From contig NMRA01000103.1 of assembly GCA_002633005.1 (NCBI GenBank), positions 465,612 through 529,611 on the forward strand: a stretch of 64,000 bases of DNA, in the 5' to 3' direction. This stretch comes from Phoronis australis. Its lineage: Eukaryota; Animalia; Phoronida. Below the pieces are notes generated by a model. It was given only the letters and a program-made list of their open reading frames with translations. It did no database searches and had not been told where the DNA came from. The translations under genes and the position numbers were made by a program. Each line of letters opens with the position of its first letter. Positions within the stretch are counted from its first letter, which is position 1. Shown here in pieces: positions 55,313 through 64,000 of this stretch.

Positions 55313-56046
55313 GTATGTTGGCAGGGAAGAGGTGGGGATGTGCATAATCTCCATAAAGACGGGGCTACCTAAGGTGTGTTGGTGGGGGAGAATGGGGGCT
55401 GTGGGTATGTACATATTGTCTTAGAGTACGGATACCAGTGGTGTTGATAACGATATTGATGGCGGCCTGATGGGACGCAGTTTCTGTGTAGCCTAGTCAC
55501 CTACTTGGGATGTTCTAACTTCCTAAGAAAATCACAAACCCTTTGTTGGGCCTGATGGCATTAATATTCGAATTGTATAACAATTCCAGATGTTTGGATA
55601 GACTATTCTACCCAAATCAGTGTTAATAGTGTGTCCCATTTATAGTTGTTGAAGTTCCCAAGATTGTATCATGGCCATCTTTGTATTACACATTCCCTGC
55701 TTGGCTATTAAAAACTCATAGGGGTTAATAAAATAGTTATCTTCTCAGCCATGACCTTAAACCCTTTGTTAAGCGGTGTTTACAGTACACAGGCCAACTG
55801 GGTCAGTTGTATACTAAAAGCAGGGTTCACAAAGAACTACTTTCACTGACTCTGCATGTTCAATTATGAAATACCTATTGTGTGTGAACAACACCCACGA
55901 GTTACAACCCTTTGAAAAATTCTAAGCTGCTATGTGAACCAGTTATCTCCCCCATTCTAAAAGTAGAATGTTTACATGTTACTGGTGATCTGGTGAAAAA
56001 AGAGGTCATATGGTAAACATTCTTTCATTTGGGACAGTGAAACAAT

Positions 56047-57468
56047 AGCGGATTTGCAGCGACGCCATATTGAAATTAGGTTAAAATGGTGCATTGTGGG
56101 TGCTGTGGTCAGGATTCCGAAAGCGGCCATAGTATCAAGCATAATACGCGGTATGAGCGCGAAGAAAACTTACGGCGGATACACTTGTTGTGTTCCTGGC
56201 TGCTTCAAAAACAACAAGAGAGATAAAAATCTGAGTTTTTATGTGTTCCCTGCAAACTTTGTGAAAAATGGATAAACAACATTAGGAGAGCTGGGAGTAA
56301 GGGGGAGATTTAGCGCATTCAAACCAATGCGGAGCCATCTAGTAGGCAACACGTAGCCCCTCGGTTGGCCATTAAGGGGCTACAATACTTCCATTCGCTT
56401 TCTGTACTCATTTCGTTACTTCAGTGTATTTTAAACGGGTCCTGACCGGATTTGGATTACCGATTTCGAGTTTTCACCTCGTCAAAAATACATTATACAC
56501 TTAAAACTATCATTTAAAAAACGCTTACTTTCATCATTGGTCCTTTCTGACTTCTATACATATCTTAAGCTTAGTTGTGAGAATTAAGTTGACTTTGGCG
56601 AAGAATTACAACTTCACTTTTTTTGGTTGCCGTTAATTTTATCACCACGTGCGCGATAACCATAAAGCGTGTCAACTGAATCACGTGAGTTAGGCAAAGG
56701 TTAGCGCGAGACTCAGCAAAGCGCGTGACGCTAGCGCGTGACACTTGTAAAATAGCATGAGAAGGTATCGGGTGAAACTTGTAAGATCTGTGTCCCTTAG
56801 ACTTTTTATTCGTCAACATGCGTGATTTCACGTAACTTCCTCAAAATGGCACCCGGTAACTGAGAGAAACTCGAGCAAACCGCGACAGATTTTCATCGAT
56901 TTGTTCAAGTTTTTCTGACTAAATTGTATCCAGAGTCGTGGTATGTGTTAATTATAACTCCGTGTTCCTATATGTATGGTTCATTTGATTTTATTTGCTG
57001 TATTTTGAAATGAGTAACTTTTTGTGAGGACCCATCGTGTGTGCATCCTGGTGGAAAAAAGACGTATGAGAACAACATTCCGACGGAGTTTCCTCTTAAA
57101 ATTAACGTCTCTAGCATATCCACGGCGAAAGCTACAAAAGTTAAGCAACCCAAGAACTATCAACTTGTCTGAAACCGGAGCCTCGAAATCAACGCCGATA
57201 GCCCCAATACTGAACATGACGACAGTCGTGCCCTCGGTCACACGGTCACTGATCATAGCTACGCTGTGTTTACAAACGAGAGAGAGGACTTGCTTGGTAT
57301 TATAAAGCAAAAAAATGAAACATGGTTTTTAGTTTGCAAATCACTCCTAATGCATACACTATCCAGCCTGCTCAAGACATGCCTGACCACAAGCTATCCC
57401 ATGAGCCTTTGCGCAGGAAGTAACTCGCACATGCGCAATGCGTAGTTCGTTTGCGCTGCAAATCCGCT
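56047..57468 (+). mobile_element. THAP-bearing non-autonomous DNA transposon (probably ISL2EU/Harbinger-related) in an LMO intron
   Basis: TIR AGCGGATTTGCAGCG...CGCTGCAAATCCGCT flanked by AT on both sides (inferred empty site CAATTG). Contains a frameshifted THAP. Confidence 0.8.
56153..56352 (+). pseudogene. Frameshifted THAP domain remnant
   Basis: [33 protein letters not shown] / [11 protein letters not shown] / FSAFKPMRSHLV across three frame segments; THAP CxxxxC..FxxFP..W signature. Confidence 0.8.
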
Positions 57469-58707
57469 ATTGGCCCATGGCTGAAGATTGTATCAAAATA
57501 TTAGAAATTTACAATTTTATCTGTCCCAAATTCAAGAGTTACTGGAAAGTTGGCAAATTTACCCGTGCCCAAAATTGTGTGCCTTTTAAGAACTTCCAAT
57601 TCCGTCAACAGACCCTTTTATCCAAATTGTGCCATTAAGGATGGACAGATGTAATCCGATATCGAAATGTGACGAAACTTTATATTATTCTGATAATATT
57701 TGTTTTGAAAATAAATAGATAACAAGAGAGTGTTATAATAATTAAATGAGAAATTTTAGTTCTTTTTAAGTCATACTTGCAAGTAAAATACAGTCTACAT
57801 TATGGTTAACTTAACCACCTTTGCAAACACATTTCGTTATTTTATTTACCAAACTCCATGGAACTAGTATGCAAAGGCTGCATAAACAAACACCACCAAA
57901 TTTTGGCAACTTTGCTAGACATATTTTTGTTTTTCAACAAAGAATTTGCTTATGGAGACTGTGGTAACGTATTTTTCCCAGGAAAGCAACCTCTACACCA
58001 AGCAGTTCGTAAATACATGCAATGCTGACATTGCACGATTATTGGCTTGCCTTTTTGCTGTAAAAATAGTACATCAATGATCTCACAAAAGCACTGTGAA
58101 AAGTTAAAAACCGACAAGCTTTGTCTCTAAACTACGATTTTTTGTCAGATTTCCACCAAATAATTTTCATAACATTATTGATATCAAGTATTCGCTCTAT
58201 CCAAGACCAACGTACTTTTGTTTGTCCTCACCTGTAGCATTAGGTGGTGTTGAATAGGCCCTGATATCCGACTTTATTAATTTCCGTTTGTAATTGATTT
58301 TGTAATTGATGCTGGATCAGGGCACGCATTTCGTCAGATGATTCATAGGCATGGGACTGGAAGCTCATATCATTTTAAGGTATAGAGAGTGTATCTGGGC
58401 TTCTAAATCTGAGGCGATGTTAATACCAAGCCAAAATGCAAAAATACGACCCACGTTTATTTCAAGCGCTAGAATTGTGCCCTTTTCGCCACCTATTGAA
58501 GGAGGGCTTAAAATACGGCCATTGTTCATCATTTAGGTAGACTTTTTCTAGGTGATGTAAACAAAAAATTCATAAAATTTCACGCCATGGACTGAAATTT
58601 TATGAGCTTGGTCTGAAGATGTAATGGACTGCCAGAAGAACTGATTAAGGAACAAGATAAAACCATCCTTAGAACAGTAAGTGACCAAGGTCACAACTTG
58701 TTTTTTT

Positions 58708-59016
58708 GACAGAAAGCACAGGTTTAATAATGAAGACGTCTGCAAACAACTATGTGTCAAACCATCTCTTTTGTCCACCATCCAAAGTCGTAAATTGAAC
58801 TTTTTTGGGCACACGGCAAGACACGACAACATTCAGAAAGCCATACTATACGGTCACGTGGAAGGGAAAAGAGCGAGAGGACGACAACTGTTAATGTGGA
58901 GGGATGACATGGACAAGATCAACGATGACAGAATGCACCAGACTGGCAAACAAGAGAGAGAGATGGAGGTCCATTTCACGTCGACCTCAAAAGAGATGAC
59001 ACCCAATGATGATGAC
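58708..59016 (+). mobile_element. RTE-clade LINE 3' fragment
   Basis: NEDVCKQL...IQSRKLNFFGHTARHDNIQKAILYGHVEGKRARGR...W matches the RTE-type ORF C-terminus (RxLxxFGHxxR..GxVEGxRxRGR). Short (GAT)n tail. Confidence 0.85.
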
Positions 59017-59086
59017 AGGTTTAATGCCCCTTTAAATTAAATTGTCTTACTGTGTAACGAGGTTGTTCCTCTGTTATCTGTTACAG

Positions 59087-59212
59087 ACTGTTCGGAACGA
59101 CAGGCTACTGTTCTGCCTGCTCCAAGTCAATACCCGCCTTTGAAATGGTGATGAGAGCGAAAGGGAACGTTTACCATTTGGAGTGCTTCGCATGTCAACA
59201 GTGCAATCACAG
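59087..59212 (+). CDS. LMO1/3: LMO1/3 exon encoding the linker and most of LIM2 (missed by the ORF track)
   Basis: ttatctgttacag|A acceptor completes the Arg codon of the previous exon. The 126 nt translate (R)[41 protein letters not shown](R), then AG|gtgcgt donor. Matches the recalled LMO1/3 [25 protein letters not shown] motif. Confidence 0.97.
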
Positions 59213-60811
59213 GTGCGTTGTCTAAGGGCGGGGGTAACAGTGGTAAGACTCACTTAGGGATTGTCCACCATCATCGACGATTGCAAAGGATTGTGATTGT
59301 ATGCTAGTAGGTGGGGTTCGTAGCTTGCAAACTTTTTTCAAATTCTATGAATATATGTCTGAAGGGGAGAAAATCAATGTTATTGGAATTATTCTCCACG
59401 AGTGGGAGTGGACGTAAGTTTTGCAATCAATCTGCGTACCCTGTGACCTGCGACAGAATTTTGGAGTGCCTGTTTACTCGTGGGTTTACATGTGTTGTTG
59501 CAAAGCAGTCAAAAGTCTGAACCATTAAATTGTATTTGCAGAAAAATTTAAACCCCAGATTATTACATGTTGACCAGTCTACCCGAGTCAGTACGTAATT
59601 TACAAAATGATAATCTTAAACCAGATGGAGGCTGTGGTCTAAGTTCATTAAATGTATTTTTTCACGCTGCAAATTGTTGGCTAGCCCATTACATAAATAA
59701 AGTGGAAAAATGTTCTATCAGTCAGGCTAATACCTCAAATGGTGATGCATGGTCGACCACGGCAATTTTAGGGATGGCAAAATATCTGAGTTTGTGGCAC
59801 TTGCCATTTCCTTCTGTTTCAGTAGACATGGTTGACTTAATGCTGCACACAATGGGTAGAACAACTTGCCTTAAAGTGCTTAAAATCACGAATTTTATAT
59901 AAAAACGCGTACGAACAAGCCCACCAGTCGATCAACTGTCAAATTAATAAAACACAAACACTATCTGATCTCAAGTTACTAGCCTTTATTGGTCGATACA
60001 TACTACGTAGAATTGGGAGGACCAATTGCAGCATTGGTCATCTTCCATTGTGTTTAGTGTGAAAAGTTGTTTGATATTGCTGTTAGCTTTCCCGTGGTTT
60101 ATAGTATAATAAAGAATGACGAGGCATTAGTGGTGGTTGTGACAGTTCAGTAGTTGACCGTGCTGTGGTTCTTCCCCCCCCCCTGTTGGTTTTGTTTGAA
60201 ATAATGACCATCCAAAATGTCAGTAGTTAGTTTTCCATTTGTGATCCCCCAGTTTAAGTATTGAGTAGTTTCACAGTGATAAAAAGTAACAACCCAGATT
60301 TTTCCGTCACGAAAGCTGAGCGCAAATGCAACAAAAACCTGTCATGATAGGGGAAACGGTATTTAATGTTTACTTATGGCATGTGCTGTACAAATTGCCG
60401 TCTAGGGGAGTGGCACTGTAAAATGTTAATGACCTGTGCGTCTGTTTGCTAAGGTAACAGAAGTTTGTTGGAAGTTGGGAAATCCTTTTGCGATTACTAT
60501 TTTATACCTTGGCGAGTTGTCGCTACAGCAACACATGCAGACTGGCATTTGAATCAATACTCAATCCCAGATCATTCGTCATACGCACAGAGGCCCACAT
60601 GCAGAATTTTTTGTTTCGTGATATTACAGGGTCTAGTGTTACTCTTCTGTGTGTGGACGAGTGCATAGGTCTATGTTACGTTCAGATGAGTGACAAAAAC
60701 GCTGGCAGTTTCACTGGCTAAAATACGAGTGAAAACACCAGCGTTTTAGCGTTACAGTAGGTTCGTTTCTTCACGGCCTGAATTGCTTTTAAGTGAAATT
60801 TGTTGTCAAAA

Positions 60812-60968
60812 CCTGCCTCCCGTTCAGTAACGCTAGGACCTCGCTAAAAAGCAAGACTTCGCGAGATTATGTGAGATATTTCCGTGCATTTCAAATGAGA
60901 ACACGTGACTTTGACTGGATTTTAGCTAGGTCCTAGCGTAGGTCCTAGCGTCTACTGAACGCACGCCT
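60812..60968. mobile_element. ~155-bp MITE
   Basis: Inverted ends CGTTCAGTA-ACGCTAGGACCT...AGGTCCTAGCGTCTACTGAACG. Confidence 0.65.
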
Positions 60969-62344
60969 GTTCTCTCTCTGATATAAATTGATTGACACGA
61001 TGATAAATAAAATTCTCTTACCCGTGTGCTTGAAGTGTGTGGTCCGCCTACAAAAGTGCAAGCGAAAATCCGCTCAGCGGTTTTGGAGTAACTCAAACTG
61101 CCATGTAAACAAACACTTGTAATTGTTCACATGACTGGAGATTTGTTAGCAAAAGTTCTAGCGAAAACACCAGCATTTTAGACAGTTTGTGAATGGGGTG
61201 TTCGGGGCTTGGAACTTTCCTTTTTTAAAAAGAGTTCCTCTTTTTTGGTTTCGATTTCCTCTCATTTGATTTCCATTTCCTCTTTTTTTCGTCACTTTTT
61301 ATCATTATTTGGCCTTTATTCATGCAAAAATGTTTACTTCAATTAAAATTACTACACAAAAAATATTTCTATCATGCAAGCCTATTTTTTGTATAATGAT
61401 ACATCATCTGGAAAATTTTCCTCTTTTTTGTCATTGGCCATTCCAAGCCCTGGGTATTGATGTTGCTCTTGGTCTGGCTCATGCTATATAGTCAGACTAA
61501 TGGAGTATTTTGAAACTTAGTCCTTGACTGTTGCATAGTCAAGTGCATTGTTCAGCAATCAGTTTGACGTGTGATAATACGAAGTCATTATTGCTGTCCA
61601 GCGTATCACTTTTATGCGTCGGGAGCTTGGTGATCCTGACTCGGTAGCTTCAGCTATATTTTCGCCAACCCTATTACGGATGAATTATGATATATGAGGT
61701 TTGGTTTGTAAATGTGGGTTCAGTGTTTAACATGGCCGGATGTGTATGATGGGTACACACCATCAATAAGTCAGACGAGTTATTATGCAGGATTCTCCCT
61801 GAGCAAAAAATCAAACATAGATGAGATATCTTCACCAGGTGGCGTCACAGCTTTCTACAGTAAAACTGCCAAACAACATGTCATGGAAATCACCATTTTG
61901 GGAATCTGCTCATGATAGAGACAATTTACGAGAACGGGAAGCAGGAGTATTCTATCAAAAGCAGAAATGGTCGCTTGGCATTGTGTCGGATGCCAGATAA
62001 TACAAGATAATGTCCTGCTTTGTTCGTATACCATGTGACATGTGGTTTTTTCAAACATGTATTGTTGCAAAGTAACAATTACAATACAAACGTACACAAA
62101 CATAAATAAACATTTACCACCATTATAGTTGTACTAAGTTCCATTTTTCATTGTGATTTTCTAATGTACCACTGATTTTACTAATAGCAAATTCTACATT
62201 TCTATAGTTTGTCAAAACTCTAGTGACATCAGTTGCTAACGGAATTTTGTTCTGCATTGTACACTATGAACAACTAAATTACATACGTTAGAATTGTTAG
62301 GGTTTTTTTTACACATCATATAATTATTGTTTACAACACCAGAC

Positions 62345-62445
62345 CTGTGGCTATGACTGAAAAGGTCACTGTACCAACCGGGGCTTGAACTGGAGACTTT
62401 CTGCTAACTATGCGGATGCTATTAGAACCACTTTATCTGAGCCAG
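62345..62445 (-). mobile_element. Degenerate tRNA-derived SINE head
   Basis: The reverse complement reads GGCTCAGAT..AGTGGTT..AGCATCCGCATAGTTAGCAGAAAGTCTCCAGTTCAAGCCCCGGT, with A-box and B-box-like spacing. A similar B-box (GGTTCGAGTCC) lies at ~25597. Confidence 0.4.
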
Positions 62446-62842
62446 CCCCCAGTCAAAATCTTTTCGGACTGAAATATGTACCACACCCGGTTTTGTCCTG
62501 TTAACAAATACTAAAAGCAACTTTCCCATCCAGTTCTCTGCCAACAAAATAAAGCTCTGCAACCCTCAACAACCCTCAAAAGTTTTGAGGGTAATTTGAA
62601 AACTCCTTTCAAAGTCTGCTTAACTGGCAAGCATGACCTATGCTTTTAACGAATTACACGGATGAAGCTGTGGGAAAAGACCACCCACCATAGACCATAT
62701 TGTCCATTCTGTGACTTAGGGTCTGTAAGGGCTTTTAATTGATTCCTGCCTTTCACTTGGAAGAGGATGGTTGGAAATCATCAAAACAGGGTTTAGTATC
62801 CTTTTAACTATAACTTGTGTGATGTGATTAACATGTGAAATC

Positions 62843-63397
62843 AAATCTTTTAATTACAGTTTTCGAACCGGCCGTCTCCCTACCACTATGCATCAAGGTG
62901 TCATTACTCTGATTCCTAAGGTCAAGAAACCACGTGAATACATTAAAAATTGGAGACCAATCTCCTTACTAAATTCAAGTTATAAACTATTATCAGCATG
63001 TATTGCACAAAGGATAAAATCTGTTTTAAATAAGTTAATTCATCCTAATCAAACTGGGTTTCTCCCAGGTCGCTTTATGGGAGAGAACACCAGAGTGATT
63101 TATGACATCTTACAATATACTCAAGTTAAGGATATTCCCGGACTTCTGGTATTAATTGATTTTGAAAAAGCCATTGATTCTGTGTCCTGGAGATTTCTTA
63201 AGAAAGTTCTACACTATTTCAAGTTTGGTGACGATATTATTCGTTGATTCACAATACTCAATGAAAGTGTCCAACTTTCAGTCATTCAGTATGGCTTTAC
63301 GTCCAACTACTTTAACATTTGCCGAGGTTGCAGACAAGGGGATCCCCTTTCACCTTATCTTTTTTTGTTGTGTGCCGAAATTATGGCATCTATGTTG
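62843..63397 (+). mobile_element. Tx1/L1-clade LINE reverse transcriptase fragment
   Basis: GVITLIPK..NWRPISLLN..YKL..Q.GF.PGR..DFEKAIDSVSW..GCRQGDPLSPYLF in a single frame, with one premature TGA at 63245-63247. Ends at an N (63399) before the catalytic YADD motif. Confidence 0.95.
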
Positions 63398-64000
63398 ANG
63401 TCTTTTTTTGCCTAACTAGCTTTTGTAGGGTCCGATAATGTTTCGTAATTTGTTTGATGTACACTAAACTAGATGTCATATTGTCACACAACTATGTACT
63501 GGTTGGTTGAGTTAATAAATATCTCTGGAAAAAAAAACATGTGAAAAATAAGAATTCTTCAATGCACTGATTTCTAACAGCAAAACTATATATGTTACAC
63601 ATTATTTTCACCTGCAGCAAAAGAATAAATAATTAGTTACAAAGTTCGATACTATTGGAATAATTTATGTTCTAAAGCAGAAAAAGCTCTCGGACGTTTC
63701 AAACGTTTTAACAAAAGAAATTCACATAATTAATATGTTTAACCTTTACAGGTGTTCTATTGCACAATGTTTTTATTCATTGGAACGTCATTTCCACACA
63801 AAGAATTTTGCCAATTAATGTAGTGTGGTGAATATATAGTAGCATTTAGACTTAATTGTTTAATATTAAAGTCTGATGGATTCATGTCAAACAGAGTTGC
63901 TCAAGATAATAGGCACCACTTTTAGGCTTACACTCATTTTCAGTGCTTGAAAATGCAAGGGTGATTTTATGTGTATTCATTTGCATTTTAAAAAGGACAG

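Noticed and set aside
55035-55424. 129-aa ORF as a complete single-LIM gene
   Set aside because: The ORF reads through intron sequence on both sides; the true exon is 55084-55312 and continues at 59087.
57635-58672. Possible TTAAGGATGG...CCATCCTTAG-bounded element
   Set aside because: Only ~9 bp of inverted match and an imperfect TSD; insufficient evidence.
61523-61545. TTGCATAGTCA resembling the 5' part of miR-153
   Set aside because: Only 11 nt match, within a tiny hairpin, with no pre-miRNA-sized stem. I recognised no conserved miRNA by eye elsewhere, though this was not an exhaustive search.
63730-63800. ctttacag acceptor as the last LMO exon
   Set aside because: The downstream sequence does not encode the expected FCVGD... 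LIM2 ending.

Overview
AT-rich, repeat-rich animal genomic DNA, most likely an invertebrate bilaterian; the species cannot be determined from the sequence. Nearly all ORF-track entries are spurious. The only host gene I can support is a + strand LIM-domain-only gene of the LMO1/LMO3/Beadex type. Two LIM-encoding exons are clear (55084-55312 and 59087-59212). A probable upstream coding exon lies at 9826-9953, implying a ~45 kb intron, and there are several weaker alternative phase-1 first-exon candidates. I did not find the final exon (FCVGD...), which is probably beyond the window. The introns hold non-autonomous DNA transposons: Tc2/pogo-like CCGTA/TA elements, a THAP-bearing TTAA (Kolobok-like) element, a THAP-bearing AT-TSD (ISL2EU-like) element, Harbinger-like MITEs and Helentron/DINE-like repeats. 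There are also LINE fragments (Tx1/L1, RTE) and simple or tandem repeats. Most notable: a THAP element apparently built from two left ends; a ~1.8 kb inverted transposon pair within one intron; a duplicated splice donor that would give a one-LIM isoform; and transposon-borne CTCF-like motif arrays near LMO exons. I found no convincing novel protein-coding system. All alignments were done by eye.
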